Shown here in pieces: positions 1-13,162 of a DNA stretch of 64,000 nucleotides. Position 1 is the stretch's first letter. The number at the start of each line of letters is the position of its first letter. The notes beneath the pieces were generated by a model. That model ran no database searches. It was not told where the DNA came from and worked only from the letters and a program-made list of their open reading frames with translations. The position numbers were made by a program, and so were the translations under genes. The stretch is from Lingula anatina (Eukaryota; Animalia; Brachiopoda), in the NCBI GenBank assembly GCA_051362555.1, contig CM120648.1, forward strand, positions 12,830,587 through 12,894,586, read 5' to 3'.

Positions 1-866
1 CCTTTAACTTGTCGAACGCAAACCTGCGGTTCATGCGGACTAAACCTAGCCTCTACCAGGGTTGCAGATGAATTATGTGCATTTTTCTTCACGGCAGAGA
101 CTCGGATCGTGAATTATCCAGAGAAATATCTGTGAATATTTAGTGGAAATCCATTTCTGGTAGATAGACGGTCACACCCGTTCCTCAGGACTGAAATAAG
201 TAAGAGACTGACATTGGCGGGGGAGGGGGGGTGCGGGGGAGGGGGGGGGGTCAATAAGGTCACGCAAAGTACCCAAAACCGCAGTCTAAATACCTATGTA
301 TTTGAGTAAACGGGCCCGTTCCGAATGAAGTATCGTACATGTAATACGAAGATCGATCTAACTCGATCGGTCGCACTGAAAACGAAGTGAAAAAGCTTAC
401 GGAAACCGAGCGCAAGGTGTAATCACTCCCTAGGTTATCGAAGAGGCTTTTCATTCATTAACTGTGATTGCATTCCGGAGTCACCGCGGAGTTGGATTAG
501 AACGATAGCTTCATTGGGAACACGCTGCCCAATTTTAGGGGTAGTGTGGGGAGAGACCAGCTTCCCTCCCCTCCCCCCCCCCCCCCCCCCCCCCACCCAC
601 CCACCCACCCACCCACACAAACGCAAAGTCATGCTGTGTTGACATCATCTTCGGCACGCCACGTTTGTTGACTGTGTTTTGATAGCACACGCACACAAGT
701 AGATTAAACACACAGGCTGATGTAAGAGCTGGGACGCGTTGCAATTTGGCTATTGGGCGCTAGGACGGTATTTGGCTATTGTCACGCGAATTGTTGCACA
801 GCTGTTGTGAATGTTGGCTATTGTACGCCAGCATTAAGCACTCTGCGTTTGAAACCAAGTACCAAC

Positions 867-2135
867 ATGGTTAACCTCGTACAGAGTCTCTTGGAGTATG
901 TTTCTACTGTCGGTCTGCCGACTGTTTTGATATTCGTGGTAGTGTTGTTGTTAAGTCTGTGGATGCTGTCGTCGAGGAATCCTCGGGTGAACTGGCCGCC
1001 CGGACCTGTCTGTTTCCCCGTGGTGGGATGTCTCCCACAGATGATGATCAGCGGTAGGGGAGGACAACCAACAGCTCTTTTTCCATGGTATGATACATAC
1101 GGAGATATCATGCACGTCAAACTTGGTGAACAACACTTGATAATGCTGGGGACTTATGAGCTGATCCAAGAGGCTTTCGTGAAGAATGCAGCTACAGTTA
1201 GCGCTAGACCTACTTGGATATATCTGATAAGACATGTAGTTGGAAAGGACGGTAAATATGTGGCAGTTTATGGAAGTGCATGCTTGAGTACCTTACCTCA
1301 CCTACAGAATACCTTGTAAATTTCACTTGTACACAGCGTTCAGTTCTTCAAGTAGCCCAGAGAATCATGCCCTAGCAATCCCCTTCACTTTTTCATACAT
1401 ACTATGGGTTAATTTGTGGCAAAATGATGATGGTAACGATGGTTATTATTGTTGTTATTATCTTTTTTGCCTGATAACAGATCAATTAGCCTGGTCTTCG
1501 CCAAACGCTGCGTTTAAATGTCAGCTTAAATTCACTGACCCAGTTTTCAACCTGCGCACTAATGGGAATTGAAATATTTGACCTTGTTCTCCGGTTGAAT
1601 GCCTGGGACAGTTTCGACCCTACAGTTTGGAACAACCTCTCAGAAAGGTCTTTAACCCGTTTAACTGTAAATTGATAATTTCATGGGAATGGGCCCTTAA
1701 CGACCAGTTTGTGTTTTGATTCGTAAGTACACCTGTGTAAGGGCATAAAGTGAACTTCATGACCTCTATGATAAGATATCTTGTAAGTAGAAGTATATAG
1801 GCTCAAATGTAAAGATAACAATCGCAATGTTTTCTCACCATTTGATTTGTCTGTAAAGCCCGACCACTTTATTATGGCTCTATAATTTGGAACTAAGAGC
1901 GCATTTAGAATAGAGGACTAACAGATCCATGGATCAAATATGCCCGACACACTTGAATGCTTGTCGCGATACCCCCACGCGGTATCTATTTAATGTCTAA
2001 TTGGGGATTAAGAGGTAAGCTTTTTAGTGGGTCGCTATAGTTGATCCGCGGCTCTGTTAGTCCACTGTTTTGAATTCGCTCTTAAAAGGATTGGGGGGGG
2101 GGGGCACAAAACAGGTGAAACGTACCGTGTAGTAC

Positions 2136-2182
<47 letters not shown>

Positions 2183-2780
2183 TGTGCATGCGTTAACTTT
2201 GTTATTAAGTGAGTTGACACACTTGAAAGAGGAAAGAAAAACGATAAACTGCACGGTATCTTTCTAAAATATTTTGGCTCATTATCTGGGTTTTGTGGCA
2301 TGTTTCAGTAAAATCCCGCAAGAGATAATTTCTTCGGAGTACCCATTGGATTACAAATAAAATACAGACTACATGTACCAGCTGTCAAATTAAAAGTGAG
2401 CTTGTATTCAACTTGGTTAAATTTAATCTGCAGGGGCTGGAGTTATATTTAAATCCGGGCACGAATGGAAAGAGCTGAGGAGATTCACGCTCTCGTCTCT
2501 TCGAGATCTCGGCCTCGGGAGAAAAAGTTTACAAGAGAGAATTCAGGATGAGGCTCGATACTTGGTGCAAAACATTGAAGATGAAAATGGAAAGGCTTTC
2601 TCTCCCAGAAACAGGATTGGAAAAGCTGTCAGCAACATTATTTCTATCGTTGTATTTGGAACAAGGTTACCAAATATCTTTCTTTTTTAGCTTAGTTTTT
2701 TTGTGCATGTTATAAAAATAATTGGTGAGAAGAGAAAGTTTGCTCGTGGCATACTACTAGTACTACTACCGGTAGTCAAA

Positions 2781-2815
<35 letters not shown>

Positions 2816-3929
2816 ATTAATACATAAAATCGATATCGCCCAAAACACCCGGCACAAATATCTAAACTATACCGTTTAACATTTTAATAACAATATTAGA
2901 ATATTAGAAATTAACATTTCGTAATTTTTTTCCTTTCAAATGACTTTCAGATATGACTATAATGACTCCCCAGAAATGCTTCCAGTTTTAGAGGAGGCAC
3001 TGCGAATTGGTGAAGGGCCACTCTCCCTTACTGATTTGGCGCGGTTCTTCATACCGGTAACATTTTTGGTTAAAATGTCATTATTCTATAAATAGTTTTG
3101 TTTTCACCATCCTATATTTGTACATTCCCTATACGTTTCCCCTGGAATTCCCGTTTTATTGTTTATAAAGGTTACAGGTTTACAAAGTTAGTTTACACAA
3201 CGTTTGAGTGATATACCGGTTCAAGTACATGTACAAATATGTCGAATACTCTTGTACAGTAAAAGGACTTTTGTAACCAGAGTTTTATGAAAACGTGTGG
3301 ATGTCTTTTGTAACCCATAACATATAGATAATCTGTATTTCAGATGAAGAAATTATTCGCTCTCGTTGACAAGTTTTATAGCTTGGTCCGACAAGAAGTC
3401 GAACGACACCGCCAATCTTTTGATCCAACTGACATCCGGGACTTCATTGACCTGTTCATAAAGGTCACCACAGAGGGACAGGACCCAGAGATTTACACAG
3501 GTGTGCAGAGACAGCCTTGTTTTACAATAAAATGCTTGTTTTGTAACGTTTTGCCCTGAAAACTAATAAAAAATTCAAATCACCTCATTACGAATATGAG
3601 TGTACCGGTATTCGCGCGTGCAATCTGTCACGCACTCCAGAGCACGTGCTTTCTCTTAGATTGCAAAGTGTATATGTAGGCGTCCATGTGCATTTATGAA
3701 AAAAAATGTTTTCAGTAATTGTCTTTCTTCACTTGGCTTAAATTTCAGAATGGAACGTATTTCGCATCATCGTTGATCTATATTTGGCTGGAACTGATAC
3801 AACAGCTAACACTTTGAGATGGTCCCTGGTTCATATGGTAAATCATCCCGACGTTCAGAAGAGGGTGCAGCAGGAAATTGATCAGGTAACGACATAAAAT
3901 GAGCACAAGAAATAACGTGTTTGTCTGTA

Positions 3930-3961
<32 letters not shown>

Positions 3962-3965
3962 CGAG

Positions 3966-4005
<40 letters not shown>

Positions 4006-7000
4006 AGGGAGAGAGTGTAACGGAGTGAGGGCAGAGGTAGAGAATATGGTGCCCTTTCATGTTTTCACTTCTCCCAGCAATTTGTATTCAGAAACATGTA
4101 CTACATGTGCAGTGTGAGATACAAATATAGAGTGTTCCTTTAAATGCACGTGGTTTTTCACTTAATAGTATACATGTATGTGATTCGATTAATGTTCTTA
4201 CTTCTAGGTCATAGGTCAAGGTCGTGTTGCCAAGATGGAGGACAAGGCCAGGATGCCATTCACTGAAGCAACCATACTGGAGGTTTTTCGTATGTCAACA
4301 GTCGGTTAGTAATTCATATCCAAATTTTACATTAAATTTTTAGTTTTTAAAGTCATGTGCTCTCGTTAAGAAGATAGAAGGTCCGGAATTTCTCTTATAA
4401 CGGCGAAAATCAGAATTTAATAGTAGGTACCGGTCAGCCATACTTAGTTGATGGATCAGTTACATGTACATGTAGTTCGCGGATCCTCTGTTCTGAATGC
4501 GCTCTGAGATCATACAAATGTAGGGTTTTCTCTACACATGCCTGTTCAATATCCTGACTCGTTCCGACCTGCCTTGAGAGCACACAACCCAACGCGGCCT
4601 ACTGAATGGTCAAGTCACTTGGAATCCTCATTTACAATGACCGGTGTAACGAAACTGAGGGTCCGTGTAACAGGAAGTCCGCCCTCCATTTTGTTATAGC
4701 TGTTAGAGTTAGCCTGACCTAAGTGGATCAAAATCTAAGGCGAGGCTTGCCTGCACAAGTGAATGGGAAGCGGACTCTCTTTGTCACGTTACACCGGTGT
4801 AACTGGAATGGAAGTCCGCTACTAACCGTGGTCCGCTTTCTCTTACTTTGTACGGGTGGCGTTTGTCCCCAATACTCCAACTAACCCTAACCTGTACTAA
4901 TCATATGGGGGCCTGGACTACATTTCTTAGACGTCCATTCATGTTACACCGGCGCCACCATATGACAAGATGAAGAATAGAGATTGTCTTTGCGTGAAAG
5001 GGGACAAAACCGAAATTTATTTTGTGAGATATATTTAGGAACACTGCACAATGTACAACATTGGTCAAAAAGGTTGTCCCACCCCCATTTCCATGTATTT
5101 TTTTTGCAAATGATCACCTTACAGGTGTATATTGCTATAAACGGTGCTTTTTATTCTAGATACCATGTCTAACTTGATTAATGGTTAAAAAAAATACAAA
5201 ATAGTGGTGTGAATATGCACATTTTATACCATTTAGTCAAATTTATAACAATGTTTCACTGTGATTTCCACAGATGAAAAGAAGTGTCTATTAAATTGAA
5301 AAGACACCAGCAAATGTTACCAAATTTACACATAATTAGCATTAGGATGTGCTCGTTAAAGGTCACGTGCCTAATAGCGTGTGCGTCTACCGCGTACTGT
5401 GATTATCTCCTGTAGATGGCGCGACAAGCCTTTAACAAGGGTAATAATTCTGTTTTGTGGGATATTGCCCCATTCACCCTAAAGAGCGTAGCAGAATTGG
5501 TCCAGATTATTTCGGAATTGGTTCTCCTCTGCAATGCACATTCCAATTAATGCCACAGGTGCTCAGTAGGTTTTAATATCAGGGCTCAAAGACGGATGTC
5601 CCATCCTTAGAGCCCTGTGTTTCAGCAACAAATCACTTGCCAGACGAGAGCTTTGAGCAAGTGTGTTGTCACAATGAAGCCGGTGGCATCCCTGAAGTCA
5701 CCTCTTGCAAATGGAGTGAGCTATCTGTTGAGAATGTTACCGTAAAATGCCCCAGTTACGTTTTGTTCCAGAAGGAACAATGTACTAATACCACGGGCTT
5801 GGAATGTTCCCCAAATGCCGACTGATGTAACACCCCAGGCGATATTATCCTGCACACACCGTTCCAAGAGGCAGTTTTCAATATGTCTACGGACCCTCAT
5901 TTGACCATCGATGGGATACAAGAAATAATTTGATTCTGCAGCAAAACCGACTTCCTTACAGTGATAGATGGCCAGGTTCAGGTCCCTGTGGGATCACTGA
6001 ACGTAGCATTCTCAGCTGATATCTCACTCCATCTTCAAGAACTGACTATGGGGTTAACTCCAGCCGTCATCATATAAGCAAACTTGCTCACACCTCTCGC
6101 CTGGCAAGTGATTTGTTGTAGAAACACAAAGTTCTAAGGATGGAACCACCATCTTTGAGCCCTGATGTTAACCTTACTAATCACCTAATCACCTAATTTG
6201 AGTGCGCAACGCAGAGGAGAACCAACCCCATAAAAACGTAGACCAACTCCCCCAAGCTGTTTAGGAAGAATGGGATAATACCCCACGAAACAGAATTTTT
6301 ATCCTTTTTGAAGGCTTGTCGTGCCATCTACAGGAGATAATTGCAGTGCGCGTTCCACGCACACGCTATTAGGCACGTGACCTTTAACGAGCACATCCTA
6401 ATGCTAATTGTGTGTAAATTCGGTGACATTTGATGGCGTCTTTTCAATTCAATAGACATTTCTTTACATCTGTAGAAATAGCAGTGAAATATTGGATTTG
6501 AGGGGGTACTTGTTATAAATTTGACTAAATGGTATAAAATGTGTATATTTTCACCACTATTTTATATTGGTTGAACCATTAATCATGTTAGACATGATAT
6601 CTGGAATAAAAAGCACTAGTTATAACAATTTACACCTGTGAGCTGATCATTTGTAAACAAAAGTACATGGAAATGGGGGTGGGACAACCTTTTTGACCAA
6701 TGTTGTATGACGTTAAAAGGTGAAATATGTGATCTATTCCATGTCAGTCACCCTTGGAGTTCCCCATGCCACCAGTGAGACTATAAATTTAGCCGGATAC
6801 ACCATTCCCAAGGGGGCCATGATACTGGGAGATTTGTATCGGGTTCTCCACGATAAGAATAACTTCGAGGATCCTTACAAGTTCAAACCAGAAAGATGGC
6901 TGGATGGCAATGGGAAAGTGATCAAGTCGGACAAAATGATACCGTTTTCCGTAGGTACGTTGAATAATATGTACATGTACGTAAGAATTATACATAAGTC

Positions 7001-7486
7001 TAATGACGACAGCCTTTAACAACAATTTTGATCGGCACTGTTGTCACACGTTTAATTTCAGGTGTTATTGTTTATAAATTATCAAATCACATCTGCTAAC
7101 AGTATAAAATTCTGTTTCTTTATGTCAGATACTATGTCTCATGACGTAAACAAAATATCGCTCTTGATTTCCATATTTTAATAAAATTATTTGAATTAAC
7201 AACATAAGCCCCCTGTCAGTTTGTTTCAACCTTTTTGATCAATGGTGTATATGTTAACAACAATCCTCAGCTTTGTCAATAGATTTCTTTGAACTTTATT
7301 TCAGGTCCCCGTGTTTGTCTGGGCAAGGGACTGGCTGAAATGGAATCGTTCATTTTCTTCACCACGTTGTTTCAGAATTTTACCTTCAAGGTACCGGAGG
7401 GCGAGAAACCTCCCGATGGAGTTAAAGGTTTTAACACGTCGACTTTCACACCGTACCCCTACAACGTATGCGCTGTTAGACGCTGA
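867..7486 (+). CDS. Cytochrome P450, clan 2 (CYP2-like), gene 1; 8 exons, 500 aa
   Basis: Exons 867-1251, 2434-2665, 2951-3056, 3344-3500, 3749-3885, 4208-4304, 6748-6954, 7305-7486. All introns are GT-AG and the total is 1503 nt, in frame. It has an N-terminal TM helix followed by WPPGP, WKELRR, AGTDTT, EVFR, KPERW and the heme motif PFSVGPRVCLG. Confidence 0.93.
2140..2181. repeat. (CT)n microsatellite
   Basis: Direct reading. Confidence 0.95.
3929..3999. repeat. Compound (GT)n(GA)n(GT)n microsatellite, gene 1 intron 5
   Basis: Direct reading. A related GT/GA tract occurs at the same intron position in genes 2 and 6. Confidence 0.95.
4641..4952. mobile_element. Two abutting MITEs with CCGGTGTAAC...GTTACACCGG termini (unclassified)
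   Basis: Units 4641-4797 and 4794-4952 share the central palindrome TTACACCGGTGTAA. A homolog of unit 1 lies inverted at 40544-40717. Confidence 0.65.
5056..6705. mobile_element. Tc1-derived fold-back (palindromic) non-autonomous element in gene 1 intron 6
   Basis: TA flanks at 5054-55 and 6706-07. The terminal inverted repeat CAACATTGGTCAAAAAGGTTGTCCCACCCCCATTTCCATGTA is 42 bp and perfect, and the arms stay complementary for ~690 bp. Both arms carry degraded Tc1 DDE transposase: minus strand DGQMRVRR...SVGIWG...CDNTLAQ...SLSPDI..EHLW...EWGNIPQ...RTRY*; plus strand SLSPDVN...EEWDNTP...RTRY*. Confidence 0.88.
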
Positions 7487-7642
7487 AAAAAAGACACACG
7501 GGGCCCAACGCCCAGGCTCCGTGCATTTAGAACAACATCCATTGTAATATATGTTTCGATCTACTAAATGCGTTTGCAGTAGGGGTGAAGAAAAACGTCA
7601 GTCACAATACTGAACGGACGCTCATCGTGGTTGTGATTTAGG

Positions 7643-7677
<35 letters not shown>

Positions 7678-7869
7678 GCTGTGATTAGGTAGAGCGGCTT
7701 TATGAAAATTTTTTTTCCGTATGGTATTTTTTTGACGGAAGCACTCGGATAAAATCAGGAGGTTCTTTGTTGACAATGTCAGTGCAATGAGTTGTGTAAA
7801 AATACTGCAGAATATCCACGTTAGTGGCCATAAAATATCTGCATTTGTGTCCTCACAACTGTTAGCCAT

Positions 7870-8290
7870 TTAAAATAATGCATTTTATACCAGATACCAT
7901 ATCCAACATGACCCATGGTACAGAAAACGCAAAATACCAAAAATTAAGATGTCCATAAAATAAGAAAAAAAAAACACCAAGATGTCACCAAATTATCTCA
8001 CAATTAGAATCAGCATGTGATCGTTAAAGGCCACGTGTCTAACGGCGTGTGTGCATATCGCGCACTGAAATGATCTCCTGTAAGCATGCCTTCAAGAAGA
8101 GAACGAATTATCTTTTGTTGAAATTTCCCCCATGGAATTAATCCAGATTATTAAGAATTTACATGTTATCCCCTCTGCATTGTTGACTCTTGTTCGTGAC
8201 ACAGGTGCTCAAGAAAGTGGTACTTTCCTGCACACGCTTTACAAGACATTCTGCTACATGTTAACGGACTCCTATTTGACCATCAATGTA
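7870..8290 (-). mobile_element. Degraded fragment of the same Tc1 family as 5056-6705
   Basis: Alignable by eye to 5310-5560 and 5850-5910 (e.g. gttaaaggccacgtg, acaggtgctca, acggactcctatttgaccatc). Confidence 0.6.
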
Positions 8291-8424
8291 ACATACTGAG
8301 CGAAATGCCTACAGAAAAATTCCTTAAATGGAAGCATAATAGTTCCCCCACCACCCCCCCCACACTTTTCACTCCATCTTTCTGTGACTCTCATTTTTAA
8401 AGAGCCCTTTTCATGGAAAGTGGC

Positions 8425-8476
<52 letters not shown>
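8425..8476. repeat. (AAT)n microsatellite
   Basis: Direct reading. Confidence 0.95.
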
Positions 8477-8479
<3 letters not shown>

Positions 8480-8481
8480 CA

Positions 8482-8556
8482 CCAGATGGCGTGGAAGGTT
8501 TCAAAGTGACCACTTTCAAACCATACGCCTCAAATGTGTGCGCTGTTAGACACTAG
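8482..8556 (+). pseudogene. Orphan fragment of CYP exon 8 (C-terminal 24 codons) from a lost paralog
   Basis: Reads PDGVEGFKVTTFKPYASNVCAVRH* versus gene 1 [24 protein letters not shown]. It is preceded directly by an (AAT)n run. Downstream 8650-8830 aligns by eye to the gene 1 3' flank at 7645-7815. Confidence 0.8.
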
Positions 8557-8647
8557 CCTGATTGTGAAGTTCGATCCATAACGACAAGGTGTTGTGCGTT
8601 TAGCACAGCTTACGTAAATGGTTTGCATTTTCATCAATGGGGAAAAC

Positions 8648-8685
<38 letters not shown>

Positions 8686-9268
8686 GCATTTTTGCTGAAG
8701 TGTGGTAGTACAGTAGCACGTTTTTAGGAAGAATTTTTTCGTGCGATTTTGTTTCTGGACGAACTCTGATAAAATCAGAACGTAATATTTGTATAAAGTC
8801 AGCACGATTTGTTGTGTCAAAAATATTATAGAAATAGAACAATTTATACGCTACAGACGTTTAATGGGCCGACATTTAATTCCTTTTTATACTGTAGATT
8901 TGTAGACACTCTGGCTATTGCCAATCATTTTGGTTTCAGTTTCAGTTTGAGTATTTGTTTACATACATATTCAAACGATGCTGGGACGCATGTGTAGTTT
9001 AAAGAAATAAATATTTTTTATTATTAACTGAAAATTGGGATTCTCAAAGACTTATATATTCCTTTGAGCACAGGCAACTTTTGTGTAATGTGATCATGTT
9101 ATTACTATCCTGTCTTATTTCAACTTTAACCAAATTCCTGAAAATATCATTTTAAATTGATTTTTGATTTTAACTTCATTTTAGGTTTGTAGCAATTCCT
9201 AGCTACTGTGCTCATTAATTTTAAGTTGCGAAATAAAAAATAAACATAGATAAATACTTAAAAAAGAC

Positions 9269-9494
9269 CCAGGGGCGGATCTAGGAATACTTCAAGGGCA
9301 CGTGGGCGGATATGATGTCCTCCCCCTGAAGGGTATTGTTATTTAGAGGGTGAACAGTGTCATGTGGTACGGTTAACAAGTATTAATCAGCTAGTCAAAA
9401 ATCTAATTTCAGGAGGGGATTCCATTGGTGTGATTTTTTCAGAAATCGAAAGGGGGGTCAAGACCCCCTGACACTCCTCCTAAATCCGCCACTG
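9269..9494. mobile_element. MITE with CAGGGGCGGAT...ATCCGCCACTG termini
   Basis: Terminal inverted repeats. Related copies lie at 24992-25103, 35248-35512 and (left end only) ~29117. Confidence 0.65.
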
Positions 9495-9506
9495 CACACA
9501 CACACA

Positions 9507-9540
<34 letters not shown>
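9495..9540. repeat. (CA)n microsatellite
   Basis: Direct reading. Confidence 0.95.
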
Positions 9541-10133
9541 GTTACTCAATATTTCATGCGCTCTCGCTCTGGTCTCGTGAGCCACGTATGGGCTTGACGG
9601 CAAGCAGTGCATGATAAACCAGTGGACGGTTTGGTAAGTGTAAAAGGCCTTTTTGTTGGTTTAAGAAAGCCTAAAAAGTTTCCATATATTTTACAAGTTT
9701 ATTTCTGTGCAAGCATATGCACACAGTGTACGAATTGGAAATCGAGGTTTTTACGGTGCTCACGGTGTTGAGAACAGGTAAAACGTTTTTTTTTCACTTT
9801 ATCCAAGTTGTTTTTTACGGCACGGCAACTACACGCAACTGCCATTCTGTCTTTGTGTGACGTTTTCATTTCAAAAGCGCCCCTATGAGTATGTTGCAAC
9901 AATAAAAAAATCAAACGTGCATTTCATGCACACAAAGAGGTGAAAATGCCTTGCATTAAATTATGCTGCGTGAATTATTGAAAGGGGACTTGAATATAGC
10001 GTGTGTGCAGTAAATTGCTTTTGCAATACAAGTTTTCTCATCGTACTAGTAGATCAGGTGGATATCTGCGGTTGTGATTTGAGGTCCCCTTCGAGCAGGT
10101 ACCAGACGATACCCTGAATATCACGGAGTCCAA

Positions 10134-10669
10134 ATGGCCAACGTCGTACAGAGTCTCTTCGAGATTTTTTCTTCTGTCGGTCTGCCGACTGTTTTGATAT
10201 TCGTAGCAGTGTTGCTGTTAAGTCTGTGGATGCTGTCGTCTAGGAATCCTCGGGTGAACTGGCCGCCCGGACCTGTCTGTTTCCCCGTGGTGGGATGTCT
10301 CCCACAGATGATGATCTGCGGACGGAGAAGACAACCTACGGATCTTCTTCCATGGTATGATACATACGGAGATATCATGCACGTCAAACTTGGTGAACAA
10401 CACATGATAATGCTGGGGACTTATGAGCTGATCCAAGAGGCTTTTGTGAAGAATGCAGCCACAGTCAGCGCTAGACCTACTTGGATATATATTTTAAGAC
10501 ATATAGTCGGGAAGGACGGTAATGTACTGATTTGAAAATTTCCAAATAGTATTATCTATGCTAACAAATAGGCGCATATAAAATGCGCACAATAGCGGAG
10601 CAAAGATTTTTGGGGGAGGCGTGCTCAAGAGGGTTAAAACGTATTAAACAGGAGTCAAGGTCGCTGTTC

Positions 10670-10723
<54 letters not shown>

Positions 10724-13130
10724 ACAAGCGTACCCATAGATTTAATTTTACTATTACATAACAACTAATCAACCGATCATCGTGAAATTTCGGGTTGTGA
10801 AGAGCATAACATAACGTCAGGTGCGTCCTCAAATCTAGAGGACACTGTACAAAATACGCAAGGGGCTTTTGATTTTTTTTACTATGGTTAGGTAAATCAT
10901 TGTTGTGAAAACTATTCTTTTACAAATTGAAAAAAGAACGTTGGTTCATGACATGATATCTGCATCACTTTACGCATGGCATTACAACGTTGACGTGTTT
11001 TGCTAGGGCAATGTACTTTATAGGCCTATAGAGCCAAGGAATGCCTCAAAAGCTAAAGGCAGGTACCCAAACCATAATGACACTTAAATATGTGTTTGTT
11101 CAAAATTTTGAGTAATGAAATAATTCCGTAATTTGAAGAAAATACATTGTACAAAAGATATATCAACGACTGTTTCATATTTCTCTATCAGACGTATGGG
11201 CTATCTTAATTTTTGAAACCATCTATTAGCTACCCATGCATGGATGCTTTTGGTATTTTGGTATGTTGATCGATGTAAATTGTAAGGATAATTGTACTCT
11301 ACTGTACATGTGAGTATTGGTATAAAAATAATATTAGGTTACGTGTACAAATATATATGAATAACTTAATAATATGTTAACTACAGGGGCTGGAGTTATA
11401 TTTAAATCCGGACACGAATGGAAAGAACTGAGGAGATTCACACTCTCGTCTCTTCGAGATCTCGGCCTCGGGAGAAAAACTTTACAAGAAAGAATTCAGG
11501 ATGAGGCACGATACTTGGTTCAAAAGATTGAAAATGAAAATGGAAAAACTTTCTCTCCCAGAGACAGGATTGGAAAAGCTGTCAGAAACATTATATGTAC
11601 CACTGTGTTTGGAGCTAGGTGAGGGCATACCTTTCTTTTGTCCAGGCATTATTGAAGATCAGTAAATAAAATAAAAATAATAATGAGGTAAACTTGAATA
11701 ATATTTAACAGTATTATCTTAATAAAAACCTAAAAGCTACATAGGTAGACCCCGACCCCGCATTATGGAACGACCCCGGATTATGGAACAAAACCGGAAG
11801 TTTGCTCTTTTTACCCAGCATGCAGAGCGTAAAAAATCCCCGTTGCCACGAAAGTTTCAAGCGTCTGCTACAATGTATCAAACGCGCTATGCAGACGCAT
11901 GTTACGACCTGATACAATAGAAGTGTTAGCGTTTGAAAGTTCGTTGTTCTCAAATTTGATAAAATTAATAATGAACTTACGTTTATTCAAGCAAGTTTTA
12001 AAGCCGTTTATCGTCCGCTTTCGTCTGCACGTGTTACTGTCAGTTTCCGATCTCGATTTCTAACTTTTTCATACTGGTTACGGGTAGGCCTACATCGATC
12101 GCTGTGGACGTAAACACGGCCGTCTTTTACTGCTATAAGTATTGTAGCCTAACTTGTCTCATCCCTTAGCCTATTGTTTGTATTTCTTGTTCTCGGCTTA
12201 ATGAAATTATTTCAAAACATCCACTTTCAAGAGGTTGAAGTAGGTTATTCCAAGATCTCATAAAAATGCCTTTGATGTTGGGCATAGCTGTGGGTGCTTT
12301 CTGCTCACTGTAAACTGCCGCTAGAGAACGCTACGAGCGCTATTAGACTCAAGCGACTTGTGAAATAAATAAATTTGTTCTCACAAAATAACACTTAATG
12401 TTGACTTTTGTATTGACATAATGAGAGAAAAAATCGTTACTGACCTTTTTCATGCTCGATAAATTTCAGCATGTCAAAGAGGAAATTATAGGCCCACTCT
12501 TATTCAATATCAGAGGCGGCACGTAGGCCTATAGGGCCTATTTGAGGTGCCAAAGAGGATCATTTTAAATCATATTTCAGGTAGACCTACACAAATGACA
12601 CATGATTGATCTTTGTTGTGATGAAAAAAAAATATATTAGACTTATGAATCATTTAGGGCCTACTAGGTTTGCGCCTTTTCTGGGAGTTTTATCTTTAAA
12701 ACTTCTTATTTCAACTATCTCTCTTCTTCTTCTATTTTTCTTAAATATACCACAAGTGCTCTCAAGGGAGGTGGTCATGGGAAGTTGGCCCTCAGTCACT
12801 CTGATGAGGCAGCTCTAGTCCACTACTGCCTTATTATGAGTGACTGGGGGTTTCCCCTCACCAAAGACTTGGAGTCTGCAAGTTTGCTCTGGCGGTGGGA
12901 AAACAAAGGGATAGGCCTATGGGCTTTTCAGCGTCGAACGGCTGGTGGGGTCGGTTCATGAATCGACATCCCGAGTTGTCCCTTAGAAAACCGGGAAGGA
13001 TAAATAGGTGCAATATAGTGAAATAAAAAACATGCTAAATAAATGAAAAATAATGAGAAAATGAATTTTGTCTTCAAATAAAGATTTGTTCGGATATCGG
13101 ATAATAAGAAAGCATTATTTAAAGACTTGA

Positions 13131-13162
<32 letters not shown>

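Noticed and set aside
753-866. In-frame N-terminal extensions in the ORF track (also 20348-20398)
   Set aside because: They start at TTG/GTG and are not conserved. Paralog alignment places the ATG at 867 and 20399.
818-1235. Recurrent antisense ORFs over exon 1 of every paralog ([13 protein letters not shown]..., ...[16 protein letters not shown])
   Set aside because: They are shadows of the highly conserved CYP exon. Their starts vary and there is no independent coding signal.
5637-5825. Cys-rich 62-aa ORF inside the fold-back element
   Set aside because: It is the antisense reading of the degraded Tc1 transposase.
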